64,000 nucleotides of DNA from Abditibacterium sp. (GCA_965199495.1 CBDASK010000003.1:4352001-4416000), one strand, 5' to 3'. Positions 19,279 to 29,815 are shown, counted from the first letter of the stretch. Numbers and translations are program-made. The notes: generated from the letters alone by a model not told the origin.

Positions 19279-22275
19279 ATGAAATTTCTTGTTCCCGTCA
19301 CACTCTGCGCGCTCGGCCTGAGCGTTTTTACTTTTGCCGATATTTCTGTGGCGGCACCCGCAAAAACAGGTTTGGTCAATTTGCGCTGCGAATACCTATC
19401 CAATCCGCTTTCGGTTGATGCAGCCACGCCGCGCCTGAGTTGGGTGCCGCAGTCGAATCAGCGCGGTTGGCGCCAGAGCGCCTATCGCGTGCAAGTCGCT
19501 TCGAGCGCGCAAAAGTTGGGGAACGGCGCCGATTTGTGGGATAGCGGCAAAGTCAAATCGGCGCAAACGTTGGGCGTGCGCTACGCGGGCAAACCGCTGC
19601 AATCGGGCACGCGTTGTTTTTGGCGCGTGCAGGTTTGGGACAGTAAAGATCAAGCGTTGCCCGTTAGCGCGCCGAGTTTCTGGCAGATGGGTTTGCTGCG
19701 CCAATCCGATTGGCGCGCGCAGTGGATCAGCGCGCAAACGCCGCGCGACGTGAAAGTTGACGGACTCACATTGCCGCCCGTGCCGATGCTGCGCAAAATG
19801 TTCACCGTGTCCAAACCTCTCGCGCGCGCGACGATGTGGGTGAGCGCGCGCGGGCTTTACGAGATGCGTCTCAACGGCGCCAAAGTCGGCGACCGTATGA
19901 TGGCGCCCGGCTGGACGGATACTAACACGCGCATCCAATATCAGGCTTACGATGTGAAGGCGCAACTCAAGCCGGGCGTCAACGCCGTTGGCGCCTTGCT
20001 GGGCGACGGCTGGTATAGCGGATACGTTGGGTTTGGAAAACAGAACCATCATTATGGCCACGATGTCGCGCTCAAAATGCAGATGCAAGTGCGCTACATC
20101 GACGGCACAACTCAAACCGTCGTCAGCGATCCGTCGTGGCAGGGCGCGAGCGGGCCGATGGTTTATTCGGATATGCTGATGGGCGAGTTTTACGACGCGC
20201 GCCTCGAACAAACCGGTTGGGACACCGCTAATTTCAAGGGCAACTGGAAAAGCGCCGAACTCGCCAGTGAATCGGGCGGGCAAATCGTGGACGTGACCGA
20301 CAAATTGCGCGCGTTGATTGAGAATGGCGCGCTTTCGGTCAAAGTGGGCAACGACATCGCGGGCGATCCGGCGTTTAACACGGTGAAAACTCTGCGCGTG
20401 CAATACACGCTCGATGGCGTCGCCAAAACGCAAACTCTACCCGAAGACCAAACGCTGAACTTGCCCGGCGACGGACAAACCGGCAAATTGGCCATCGTCA
20501 AAGCGACCTATGGCGTCAATCGCGATGCGAACGCGGCGGCGCTTTTGGTCGGCTCGCAGGCGCCCGCCGTGCGCGTGACGCAGGAGTTGAAACCGGTAAA
20601 GATTACGCAACCGAAGCCGGGCAATTTTGTTTTCGATATGGGCCAAAACATGGTCGGCGTGACGCGCCTCGCGGTGCGTGGCGCGGCGGGCACGCGGGTT
20701 CAGTTGCGTTTCGCCGAAATGCTCAACCCCGACGGCACCGTTTATACCGCCAATCTGCGCAGCGCGCGCGCGACCGACACTTACATTTGCAAAGGCGGCG
20801 GAATCGAAACTTTCGAGCCGCGTTTTACCTTTCACGGTTTTCGCTACGTCGAAGTGACCGGCTTTCCCGGCACGCCCAATTTAAACGCGCTGACGGGTCT
20901 GGTCATCGGCTCGGATATTCCTGTAACCGGCACTTTCAACACGTCTTCGGCGCTGGTTAATCAACTGCAAAGCAACATTGACTGGGGCCAGCGCGGCAAC
21001 TTTCTGAGCGTACCGACCGATTGCCCGCAACGCGATGAGCGTTTGGGCTGGATGGGCGACGCACAGGTTTTCGCCAAAACCGCGACTTATAACCGCGACG
21101 TGGCTGCGTTCTTCGAGAAGTGGCTGCAAGATGTAAAAGACGCGCAGACGCCCGACGGCGGCTATCCCGATGTGGCGCCGCGCAAAGTGGACAACGGCAA
21201 CGGCGCGCCCGCGTGGGGAGATGCGGGCGTCATTGTGCCGTGGACGATTTATCAGGCGTATGGCGACCGCGAAATCATTGACCGGCAGTGGGTTTCGATG
21301 GGCAAATGGCTGGATTATATCACTTCGGTTAATCCCGACGGTTTATGGAAAAACCGCCGCGCCAACGATTTCGGCGACTGGCTTTCGATTGGCGCCGACA
21401 CCGACAAAGAATTGCTGGCGACCGCCTATTACGCTTACGACGCCGACCTGATGGCGCGCATGGCGCGCGCCACTCACCGCGGCGCCGAAGCGACACAATA
21501 CGACGCGCTTTTCAATAAAATTAAAGCCGCCTTCAACGCGGCTTACGTGAGCGAGAACGGCAAACTCAAGGGCGACACGCAAACCGCGTATCTGCTGGCG
21601 TTGCACTTCGATTTGCTGCCCGCAAACCTGCGCGCCGGGGCAACGCAGCGTTTGGTCGCCGACATTTCGGCCAAAAACGATCATCTCTCGACCGGCTTTA
21701 TCGGCGTCGGTTATCTGTGCCCGACGCTGAGCGATAACGGGCGCAACGATGTCGCTTACAAGCTGTTATTGCAAGACACGTTTCCTTCGTGGGGCTACTC
21801 GATTAAAAACGGCGCGACGACGATCTGGGAACGCTGGGACGGCTGGACGCAAGACAAAGGCTTTCAAAATGCGGGCATGAACTCGTTTAATCACTACTCG
21901 CTCGGCTCGGTCGGCCAGTGGATGTTTGGCACCGTCGGCGGCATCCAAACCGACCCCGGTTATCCCGGTTTCGAGCGGATTTTGCTGCATCCGCAACCCG
22001 GCCCCGGCCTAACTTTCGCCAACGCGACTTACGACAGCGTGCGTGGGCGCATCGTCAGCAACTGGAAAACCGAGGCGAACGCGACGACCTACGATATTAC
22101 GATTCCCGCGAACACGACGGCGACAGTGACGCTCGCAGCGAAGGACGCCAAATCGGTCAGCGAAGGCGGGCGCGCGGCGAATGTCGCGCCGGGCGTGAAA
22201 TTGGTGGGTCAGAAAGACGGCAACGCGGTTTTCGCGGTCGGTTCGGGCGTTTACCGGTTTGTCGTCGCTGGGTAA
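19279..22275 (+). CDS. GH78 alpha-L-rhamnosidase with inserted DUF3395-like module, secreted
   Basis: LRCEYLSNPL, FDMGQNMVG, FTFHGFRYVE, PTDCPQRDERLGWMGD, GATTIWERW, MNSFNHY. Start moved to ATG 19279. Confidence 0.93.
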   Translation: MKFLVPVTLCALGLSVFTFADISVAAPAKTGLVNLRCEYLSNPLSVDAATPRLSWVPQSNQRGWRQSAYRVQVASSAQKLGNGADLWDSGKVKSAQTLGVRYAGKPLQSGTRCFWRVQVWDSKDQALPVSAPSFWQMGLLRQSDWRAQWISAQTPRDVKVDGLTLPPVPMLRKMFTVSKPLARATMWVSARGLYEMRLNGAKVGDRMMAPGWTDTNTRIQYQAYDVKAQLKPGVNAVGALLGDGWYSGYVGFGKQNHHYGHDVALKMQMQVRYIDGTTQTVVSDPSWQGASGPMVYSDMLMGEFYDARLEQTGWDTANFKGNWKSAELASESGGQIVDVTDKLRALIENGALSVKVGNDIAGDPAFNTVKTLRVQYTLDGVAKTQTLPEDQTLNLPGDGQTGKLAIVKATYGVNRDANAAALLVGSQAPAVRVTQELKPVKITQPKPGNFVFDMGQNMVGVTRLAVRGAAGTRVQLRFAEMLNPDGTVYTANLRSARATDTYICKGGGIETFEPRFTFHGFRYVEVTGFPGTPNLNALTGLVIGSDIPVTGTFNTSSALVNQLQSNIDWGQRGNFLSVPTDCPQRDERLGWMGDAQVFAKTATYNRDVAAFFEKWLQDVKDAQTPDGGYPDVAPRKVDNGNGAPAWGDAGVIVPWTIYQAYGDREIIDRQWVSMGKWLDYITSVNPDGLWKNRRANDFGDWLSIGADTDKELLATAYYAYDADLMARMARATHRGAEATQYDALFNKIKAAFNAAYVSENGKLKGDTQTAYLLALHFDLLPANLRAGATQRLVADISAKNDHLSTGFIGVGYLCPTLSDNGRNDVAYKLLLQDTFPSWGYSIKNGATTIWERWDGWTQDKGFQNAGMNSFNHYSLGSVGQWMFGTVGGIQTDPGYPGFERILLHPQPGPGLTFANATYDSVRGRIVSNWKTEANATTYDITIPANTTATVTLAAKDAKSVSEGGRAANVAPGVKLVGQKDGNAVFAVGSGVYRFVVAG

Positions 22276-22507
22276 GAGCCACTTTTTGTGGGTTCAATGA
22301 GAAGTCAGTCGCGACCCTTTCATTTTTTGATTCGTGTGGAAAATTTCCGGCAGAGTGCGCCTCTGATGCAGCCACGTCGCGGCGGGCATAAACCCAACCC
22401 TCTCGTCACCCGAATTCGATGGTTGCGCGTGGCTCATCGTGTTTGGAGCGCGTTCGGTGAAAATTAACGCCGAAATTAGGTTAAACTAAACTCTGCGCTC
22501 CGTTCCC

Positions 22508-23545
22508 ATGCCGACTAAAACCGAGAAAACTCCGACCAAACGTGCAGCTCGTCCCAAACGCGTGACGCTACGCGACATCGCAGAAGTCGCGGGTGTTCAC
22601 GTCATGACGGTTTCCGATGCTCTCAACGACACGCGCAGCGTGGCTCCGGCGACGCGGGCGCGCATCAAGGAAATCGCCCGCGAAATGAACTATGTGCCCA
22701 ACTCGGCGGCGCGCGCCCTCGTCACGGGCAAAACCGGCCTTATCGCCGTTTTGAGCGGCATTTTGTCCGAGCCTTATTACGCCAACATCGTTCATCAACT
22801 CGAAGACCGCATCAGCGATTCTGGGCTGCATATGCTGCTGATGCGGTCGCATAAAGAGATCGCGGGCGTCGTCAACGCCAGCATCGCTGTTGACGGCATT
22901 ATCGCCATTGACCGGTCTGAGCTGGTCGAGGAATTGAAGTCGCTGCCCAAAGTGCCGTGCGTCGCCATCGGCACCCAGGCGTTGCCCGGCGTTGACAACG
23001 TGACCATCGATTTAAGTGCCAGCGTCGCCGAGGGATTGCGCCTGATGCTGGATGCCGGACGCGAGCGCATCGCCTATCTGGTGACGGCGCCCAGCATGGA
23101 GCAGGACAACGAAGTGCGCGCGCGCGTTTATCGCGCCACGATGAAAGCCGCGAATCGAACGCCCGAATTCATTAACGTCAGAGCCGACGAGATTCACGTT
23201 ATCGAGCGCCGTTTCCGCGAATACATCGAGCAACACGGCGCGCCCGACGCGCTGTTTTGCCAGAACGACGAAACGGCGATGTGCGCCTTTAGCGTTTTGC
23301 GAAGTTTGGGCTACTCCATCCCGGACGACCTGCTTTTGCTGGGTTGCGACGGCCAACTGCACATGAAGTATTTCGACCCGCCGCTCAGCACGATTATCCA
23401 ACCGATAATACCGATCTGCAAAGCCGCGTGGCAACTTTTGCAGCGCCGTTTGGAGCAGCCCGATTTGCCGCTTCAAACCGTGGTTTTCGAGGGCGAATTG
23501 GTGATCACTCCGTCGTTGGTGGGCGCCAGTTCGACGCGCGAATAA
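22508..23545 (+). CDS. LacI-family transcriptional regulator (paralog of 3164-4189)
   Basis: VTLRDIAEVAGVHVMTVSDALN, YVPNSAARAL, DALFCQNDETA, PPLSTI. Confidence 0.93.
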   Translation: MPTKTEKTPTKRAARPKRVTLRDIAEVAGVHVMTVSDALNDTRSVAPATRARIKEIAREMNYVPNSAARALVTGKTGLIAVLSGILSEPYYANIVHQLEDRISDSGLHMLLMRSHKEIAGVVNASIAVDGIIAIDRSELVEELKSLPKVPCVAIGTQALPGVDNVTIDLSASVAEGLRLMLDAGRERIAYLVTAPSMEQDNEVRARVYRATMKAANRTPEFINVRADEIHVIERRFREYIEQHGAPDALFCQNDETAMCAFSVLRSLGYSIPDDLLLLGCDGQLHMKYFDPPLSTIIQPIIPICKAAWQLLQRRLEQPDLPLQTVVFEGELVITPSLVGASSTRE

Positions 23546-23634
23546 ACGCGAGGCGTCGAGGAAGATTTGCGCTATATCGCGCTTGTCAATACAGAGGCGA
23601 CACGCTGTGTAGCAGCGGCAAATCCAAAAAACAG

Positions 23635-23668
23635 AAGGGCCGACGAAATCCACTTCGTCGGCCCTTTT
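23635..23668. terminator. Intrinsic terminator between convergent genes
   Basis: AAGGGCCGACGAA-N6-TTCGTCGGCCCTTTT. Confidence 0.72.
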
Positions 23669-23685
23669 CACGCCTGAACCTCCCA

Positions 23686-26600
23686 TTACTTCTTGGGCGC
23701 CGCGCACGCGAAATGGTAATCGCCCGCCTCGACCGTCAGCTTCGCAGTGCCATTTTCGTAACCCAACATTTTCACGCCCGTCGATGCAGCCACGGGCGTG
23801 CCGCCTTCGCGAATTGGCGCGTTGGCCGCGCACGGCACCATCACCGTGGCTGTTGTGTTGGCCGGAACGACGACGTGCCAACCGAACTGGCCGTTCGTGA
23901 TTTTCCAATCGCTGACGATGGTGCCATAAACCGTGTCGTGCGTGGCGCGCGCGGATGTCAAATCGCCCCAAATGTGCGGCTGGAACACGATGGTTTTAAA
24001 GCCCGGACTGCCGATTTGAATGCCCGCCAAGTATTTGGTGAACCACGCGCTGACATCGCCAAACATGACGTGATCGCGCGAGTCGTCATTGTCGTCTTTG
24101 TCCGTCCAACGTTCCCACATCGAGGTCGCGCCTTTGTCGATCCAATAACCGTAGCTCGGCATCGAACGCGTCTGCAATATCCGATAAGCCACGTCGCCAC
24201 ATCCGTTATCAGCGAGCGTGCGCAACAAGTATTTCGCGCCCAAAATTCCCACGTCCATGTGATAATCCTGATTTTTCACTTCGGCCAAAAGTGCGTTAAT
24301 CACGGCGGGCTTATTCTGTTCTTCGACCAAACCTTGATACAAAGCGCAGCTTTGCGCGGTCAGGCTGCCATTGTCGTATTTGCCGGTTTTCGCGTCGTAA
24401 AACTTCTGGTTGAACGAAACCTTAATGCGCGCCGCCTGCTCGCTGTATTTGAGCGCATCGGCATCTTTGCCCAGCAACTGCGCCATTTTACTCAGCAAAA
24501 TCGAATCGGCGTAATAGTAAGCCGTGCTGGTCAAAGCGTTCGAGGTCTGCGTCTTGGCGGGCAACCAATCGCCCAAACCGTAATCCACGATATTATCTTT
24601 GGCACGCGACGACAAATAGTTCAGGTACGAAACTAAGTGTGGATAATGTTTTTCGACAATAGTTTGGTCGCCGCGATACTGATACAAATACCAAGTAATT
24701 AACGGGTAAGCGCTGTCCCACGACGGGCCGATATTGTATCCCCAACCCGAAGTCGGAATGATGGCGGCGAAGCTGCCATCGGGGCGCTGTTCGTCGGCGA
24801 TGTCTTGGAGCCACTTCTCGTAGTTGGCGGCGCCGTCGAAATTCGTCAGCCCCAGCTCGGCGGCCAGATGCGCGTCGCCCGTCCAGCCGTTTTTCTCGCG
24901 CGTCGGGCAGTCGGTCGGAATCGAGTGCCAGTTGTTGCGATACGACCACAACGCGATGCGCTGAATATCGTTCAAAAGCGGATTGGAACTCGAAAACGTG
25001 CCCGCCTCATCGAACGCCGTGTGCATGACCAAGCCGCGAAAGTTATCAACCGTCGGCGTTCCGGGGAAGCCCTTGACTTCGACGTAACGAAAACCGTGAT
25101 AGGTAAAAAGCGGATTCCAGACTTCGCGGCCCTGACCTTTGAATGTATAAATATCGGTCTGAAACTTGGCGTCCGGGTCACGGCGCTTGAGGAACACGTC
25201 AATGTTGTTGGCGTTGAGCGTGCCGTCGGGATGCAATTTCTCGGCACAGCGCAGCGAAACCTGCGTGCCCGCCGGGCCGGTGGCTCTGAGTTCCGGCACG
25301 CCCGCGAAGTTCTGGCCCATGTCCACGATGAAAGTGCCCGGCGTCGGCTGCGTTACGGCGATTGGCGTGAGCGTTTGCGTGACTTTAATCGCGGGCGCGA
25401 TTTGCGCGCTCAAAATGCCCTTCACCGGCTCGACCGACTGGGCTTTGGCCCATTGGCTGTCGTCGTAACTCGCCGTATTCCAACCGGGCATTTCGCGTCG
25501 CGCGTCGTAGTGAGTGCCGCTCGAAATGCTGTCGAAGGTGATCGGCCCATTTGCCGCTTTCCAACCTTCGTCGCTCGAAACGGTTTGCACGCGCCCGTCT
25601 TCGTATTCGACGCGCATTTCCAACTTCATTTTGGGCCGCGCGCGCCACGAAGCCGTATCAAAATCCCACACCGACAAAACGTGATCGTCGAAATGGCCCG
25701 TGCCCAAAATCACGCCGATGGCGTTATTGCCAGCTTTAAGATAATCGGTCACATCGTGCGCCACATAAAGCGAGCGGCGGTCGTAGCGCGTCCAGCCCGG
25801 ATCTAAAACGTGATCGCCGACTTTGCGCCCGTTGAGGCTCATTTCGTAATAACCTAAACCGCAAATATAAGCCGTCGCGCGCTTGATCTTGCCACCAATT
25901 TGAAAAGTGCGGCGCAGATAAGGCGCGGGCAAACCGGGAATAATTGTATTATTGGCGATGGCGCCCCACGGCCCTTCGCCGGTCGGCGCCAGAACTTGGG
26001 CCGCGCGCCAATTGGCGTCATCGAAAGCGGCGGCGAACCAATTGGGCGTTTCTTTATCGGTAGTTTTCCACGTCGCATCGGACGAGATCGTGAGTTGCGA
26101 GCCGTCGTTCCCATACCCAACCAATTGAGCAGCCACGCCGGCTGGGTTGGGCACGTTGTCGGCGGTATCACTCGCGTTGGTAACGGCGAGGGCGATGATA
26201 TTTTCGCCGACTTTCAGATCGCGCGTCACATCAATCGCCTCGCGTTTTTGCCACCCGTTTTCGCTCTGACCCACTTCGCGTCCATTAAGATAAATTGCCG
26301 CTTTGTTGTCGGCAGCCACGCGCAGCATCGCGTTTTGGATGACGGAGAGTTGATCTTTCGACAAGTCGAATTTCTGGCGAAACCAGCGCGTGCCCACGGG
26401 CGCGGCCACTTTCGGATCGCCCGTCGTTTCGGGAAACCAGACCCACGACGCGCCTTCGAGGGTCGGCACGCGGTCATTTTCGGCGCTCGCGCCCGGCGCG
26501 GCGTAACCCAGCCAACCGCCGTGCCAATCGGCTTCTTGGAGCAAGCCCATTTGCCACGAAGCGGCCTCGCTCTGCGCCGATTGGCCGTTTGGCGCCCAAA

Positions 26601-26973
26601 CGCGCACTTTCCAGAAACACACCTGATTCGATTGCAGCGGCTTGCCTTTATAGGCGATTTGCGTCGCGTCGGCAGAGCGCATTTGCCCGCTATCCCACAA
26701 ATCGGCTTTCCCCGTGCCCAACAATTCGGGCCGGGAAGCGACCCAAATTTGATAAGTCGCTTGGCGCGCGCCGCGCACCGTGGAGTCGAGTTGCCAGCCC
26801 AGACGCGGCGTGCGCGCTTCGATGCCGCGCGGCGTGGCTACGTCTTCGCAGAGGAGATGAGAAATTTGCATAAAGGAACGGTTCGCTTGAAGTGGCTGTT
26901 TGGGCGCGGCTTGGACGCAACCGCAGGAAAGCACGCACAAGCCGAAAGTGAGGCCGAGTAGAGTTTGATTCAT
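23686..26973 (-). CDS. GH78 alpha-L-rhamnosidase with CBM67-like insert, secreted
   Basis: APYLRRTF, VDMGQNFAG, FTYHGFRYVE, IPTDCPTREKNGWTGD, GATSMWERW, SRDHVMFG. Start moved to ATG 26973. Confidence 0.92.
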   Translation of the reverse strand: MNQTLLGLTFGLCVLSCGCVQAAPKQPLQANRSFMQISHLLCEDVATPRGIEARTPRLGWQLDSTVRGARQATYQIWVASRPELLGTGKADLWDSGQMRSADATQIAYKGKPLQSNQVCFWKVRVWAPNGQSAQSEAASWQMGLLQEADWHGGWLGYAAPGASAENDRVPTLEGASWVWFPETTGDPKVAAPVGTRWFRQKFDLSKDQLSVIQNAMLRVAADNKAAIYLNGREVGQSENGWQKREAIDVTRDLKVGENIIALAVTNASDTADNVPNPAGVAAQLVGYGNDGSQLTISSDATWKTTDKETPNWFAAAFDDANWRAAQVLAPTGEGPWGAIANNTIIPGLPAPYLRRTFQIGGKIKRATAYICGLGYYEMSLNGRKVGDHVLDPGWTRYDRRSLYVAHDVTDYLKAGNNAIGVILGTGHFDDHVLSVWDFDTASWRARPKMKLEMRVEYEDGRVQTVSSDEGWKAANGPITFDSISSGTHYDARREMPGWNTASYDDSQWAKAQSVEPVKGILSAQIAPAIKVTQTLTPIAVTQPTPGTFIVDMGQNFAGVPELRATGPAGTQVSLRCAEKLHPDGTLNANNIDVFLKRRDPDAKFQTDIYTFKGQGREVWNPLFTYHGFRYVEVKGFPGTPTVDNFRGLVMHTAFDEAGTFSSSNPLLNDIQRIALWSYRNNWHSIPTDCPTREKNGWTGDAHLAAELGLTNFDGAANYEKWLQDIADEQRPDGSFAAIIPTSGWGYNIGPSWDSAYPLITWYLYQYRGDQTIVEKHYPHLVSYLNYLSSRAKDNIVDYGLGDWLPAKTQTSNALTSTAYYYADSILLSKMAQLLGKDADALKYSEQAARIKVSFNQKFYDAKTGKYDNGSLTAQSCALYQGLVEEQNKPAVINALLAEVKNQDYHMDVGILGAKYLLRTLADNGCGDVAYRILQTRSMPSYGYWIDKGATSMWERWTDKDDNDDSRDHVMFGDVSAWFTKYLAGIQIGSPGFKTIVFQPHIWGDLTSARATHDTVYGTIVSDWKITNGQFGWHVVVPANTTATVMVPCAANAPIREGGTPVAASTGVKMLGYENGTAKLTVEAGDYHFACAAPKK

Positions 26974-27034
26974 AGAATATTTCAGAGTTGACACGCCGTC
27001 AATTCGTGCCCAAAGCGGCAATTTTTAGCGCAGC

Positions 27035-27064
27035 CATATCGTTATGTCTATATAATTATACCCG
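27035..27064 (-). promoter_or_regulatory. GGGTATAAT -10 element followed by a CATAACGATATG operator
   Basis: The minus strand reads CGGGTATAATTATATAGACATAACGATATG, about 60 bp upstream of GH78. Confidence 0.58.
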
Positions 27065-27087
27065 GTTTTGAAGCCAATACGAAAGAC

Positions 27088-27129
27088 AAAAAGATCGAGG
27101 TGTCTTTGAGTAGACGCCTCGACCTTTTT
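27088..27129 (-). terminator. Intrinsic terminator downstream of GH92
   Basis: AAAAAGATCGAGGTGTCT-N6-AGACGCCTCGACCTTTTT, an imperfect stem. Confidence 0.55.
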
Positions 27130-27223
27130 ATTTTGAGAACGCAAAATTGTTGAGCGCGATTCCGATTAGCTTTGTCCGTATCTTCCATTTCTGTGGAGCC
27201 GCTTGTTAGGAGCTTATCGAACT

Positions 27224-27292
27224 TGTAGGGGCTTATCGCACAAGCCCAAATTCAACGCGCAGAAACTTGGGCTTGTGCGACAAGCCCCTACA
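27224..27292. repeat. GTAG-type REP doublet (REPIN)
   Basis: TGTAGGGGCTTATCGCACAAGCCCAA..TTGGGCTTGTGCGACAAGCCCCTACA; 26-bp arms with one mismatch. Confidence 0.82.
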
Positions 27293-27335
27293 CGTCAATG
27301 CCAACCGGAACCACTATAAACGTGCGACATCTGCA

Positions 27336-29774
27336 TTAAGAAGGATTAAACATTGCGCCCGCCATTTCCGTTTTCGCGGAGTAAGGCAACTCTTGCGGCT
27401 TCACCACGCGCACGTTGGGGCGGCTCGACATCGAGTCCACGATTTTCGCGCCATTTTCCAGTTCCGCGTGCGAAATCCAAGTGTTCGTCCACGGTTTTCC
27501 GTTCACGGTGCGAGACGCGACGAACACATTTTTCTCCGAGTTGTTCTTCGCTACGATTTGCAGCGTTTTGCCATTGCGCAGCGCGATTTTCACCGAATCA
27601 AATTCGGGACTCGTCAGCACGTAACTGGGATGGCCCGGCGTGAGCTGGTAAATTCCCATCGCGCTCAGCAAATACCACGACGAATTCGAGCCGTTGTCGT
27701 CGTCGCCCGAAAAACCTGCGGGAGTGGCATTGAAGAGTTCGCGGCAAGCGCGCCGCGTCCAATACTCGGTTTTCCACGGCTGGCCGATGGCCGCGTAGAG
27801 ATAGGGCAGATGAAAGCTCGGCTGATTGCACGCGCCGTATTGGCCCATACCGACCGCCGCGAATTCGATCATCTCGTGAATCACGCCGTTGTAATAACCC
27901 GTCTTGAAAATCGGCGGATGGGTGAATAAATCGTCCAACTTGGCGCCCATCGCCGCCGGGCCGCCCACCAAATCGGCGAGTCCCAGCGCATCGTGCTGCA
28001 CGCCCCAACTGCTCTGCCACGGCCCCGATTCGGTGTAGGGGCCGCCCCACTCATACTGGTCGAAGCGCCGCGACCAGTTGCCGTCCTCGTCCTTGCTGCG
28101 CATGAACCCGACGGATGGATCCCACAGGTTGCGGTAGTTTTGCGACCGCTTCATCAGCGCCCGATAATCGTCCATTTGGCCCATGCCTTTGGCGACCTGC
28201 GCGACGCACCAATCGTTATAGGCATAATCCAGCGTCATCGAAACCCAATATTCCGTTTTGCGTTCGGGCACATAGCCTAAACGCAGATAATCTTCCATAT
28301 CCGCCTTGCCGCCGACCGGTTGACCGCGACGCCCGATGGGAATCTCGAATGCGTCTTTGTGCAGCGCCGCGTAAGCCGTTTTGTAATCGAAACCCGGAAT
28401 GCCTTTCACCATCGCGTCGGCGATCATGGTGTCGGCGTAGGTGCCCGGCATCGCTCGAAAACCGCCCGGATTGGGCCAGTTCGGGAGCCATCCGCCCTCG
28501 CGGTAAGCGTTGAGCCAGCCCTGCGCGATCTCGCTGTAAATATCGGGGTAAGCGATGGAAAGCAGGGGGAACTGCGTGCGAAAAGTGTCCCACAAACCGG
28601 TGTCGGTATAGGCTGGCCCCGTCTCGATTGCGCCGTTCCACGGGCTGTAATGAACCATTTCGCCCTGCCCATTGAACTCATAAATTTTGCGCGGATACTT
28701 CAGCGCGCGATAGAGACACGAGTAGAACGTCGCTTCGCGTTCGGGTGTCCCCTTGACCGAAATGCGGCCCAGCAATTTTTCCCACGCGTCGGCGGTCGTT
28801 TTACGAACGCCCTCGAAGCCCCCGGCGGTTTCGCGGTTGAGATTAACGCGCGCCTGTTGCGGGCTGATGAAACTGGTGGCGATGCGCATTTCCAGCGGCT
28901 TGCCGTTCTCGGTGGCGAACTCGATATATCCCGTGCCTTGGCCCGACGCCTCTGCCGTGCCGACGCCCTGCCCGCCCGAAATGGGACGGTCGAGAATGCC
29001 CTCAAAATAGCAGTGAAAATCGCCCGCCGCCGCGCCGCCGTGATATTTGGTATAACCCCAAACGCGGTTGCCCTCCATTTGCAGTTGCGCATCGCCCGGA
29101 AACTCGAATATCAATCGCCCAATTTTGTCTTTCGGGTCGAAGTGAACGCGCCACACCGCCGCCCGCTCGGAAGAGGTCAGCTCCGTAGTCAAGTTATATT
29201 TTTTCAGATGAATGCGCAGATAATCGGGCCGCATAATCGTCGTCGCCGGGTCGTATTGCGAAGCGCGCGCGTCGGCTTGCAGGGCGAGCGGGCCGGTCTG
29301 CGGAGAAACCAAAAAGTGGCCATAATCGCCCGCCCACGGCGAAGGCTGATGCGTGGCGCGAATGCCGGCGAAGCTGTGGCTGCGCGATTGAAAGAAGAAC
29401 CGTTCGCCGATGTTGCCGACGTTTTGCACCGACCAATCGGTCATGCCAAACGGCGCGCTGACGAGTGGATAAACGTTGCCATGACTGAACTCGCGAACGG
29501 AATCGGTGCCCTGCATCACGTTCACCAGCGACAACGGCCCACTCACCGTGGGAATTGGCCCCAGAGTTTGGGGGATTGACGAGCGGAGGGGCAAACGGTC
29601 TTGCGCCTGCGCGCCCGTGATAGTGCAGAGCGCCATCAAACTCGCCATGACGCAAATTCGACGACAGTTTTTCCAAGACGCGTTTTGCTCCTTGCGACTT
29701 CGCGCAATTTTGAAGCGTCCCAGAAATGAAGCTGGCTGTTGCAAAGTAGATTTTTGGTGCTGACTCATAAACAT
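27336..29774 (-). CDS. GH92 alpha-1,2-mannosidase (Bt3990-like subgroup)
   Basis: FSHGNVYP, HQPSPWAGDYG, LWDTFR, PYTESGPWQ, VIHEMIE, NQPSFH, GDDDNG. Exact start uncertain. Confidence 0.9.
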   Translation of the reverse strand: MFMSQHQKSTLQQPASFLGRFKIARSRKEQNASWKNCRRICVMASLMALCTITGAQAQDRLPLRSSIPQTLGPIPTVSGPLSLVNVMQGTDSVREFSHGNVYPLVSAPFGMTDWSVQNVGNIGERFFFQSRSHSFAGIRATHQPSPWAGDYGHFLVSPQTGPLALQADARASQYDPATTIMRPDYLRIHLKKYNLTTELTSSERAAVWRVHFDPKDKIGRLIFEFPGDAQLQMEGNRVWGYTKYHGGAAAGDFHCYFEGILDRPISGGQGVGTAEASGQGTGYIEFATENGKPLEMRIATSFISPQQARVNLNRETAGGFEGVRKTTADAWEKLLGRISVKGTPEREATFYSCLYRALKYPRKIYEFNGQGEMVHYSPWNGAIETGPAYTDTGLWDTFRTQFPLLSIAYPDIYSEIAQGWLNAYREGGWLPNWPNPGGFRAMPGTYADTMIADAMVKGIPGFDYKTAYAALHKDAFEIPIGRRGQPVGGKADMEDYLRLGYVPERKTEYWVSMTLDYAYNDWCVAQVAKGMGQMDDYRALMKRSQNYRNLWDPSVGFMRSKDEDGNWSRRFDQYEWGGPYTESGPWQSSWGVQHDALGLADLVGGPAAMGAKLDDLFTHPPIFKTGYYNGVIHEMIEFAAVGMGQYGACNQPSFHLPYLYAAIGQPWKTEYWTRRACRELFNATPAGFSGDDDNGSNSSWYLLSAMGIYQLTPGHPSYVLTSPEFDSVKIALRNGKTLQIVAKNNSEKNVFVASRTVNGKPWTNTWISHAELENGAKIVDSMSSRPNVRVVKPQELPYSAKTEMAGAMFNPS

Positions 29775-29815
29775 CTTTTTGGCTCGGTGGCTTGAGAGAA
29801 TTTGTAGGAATTACG

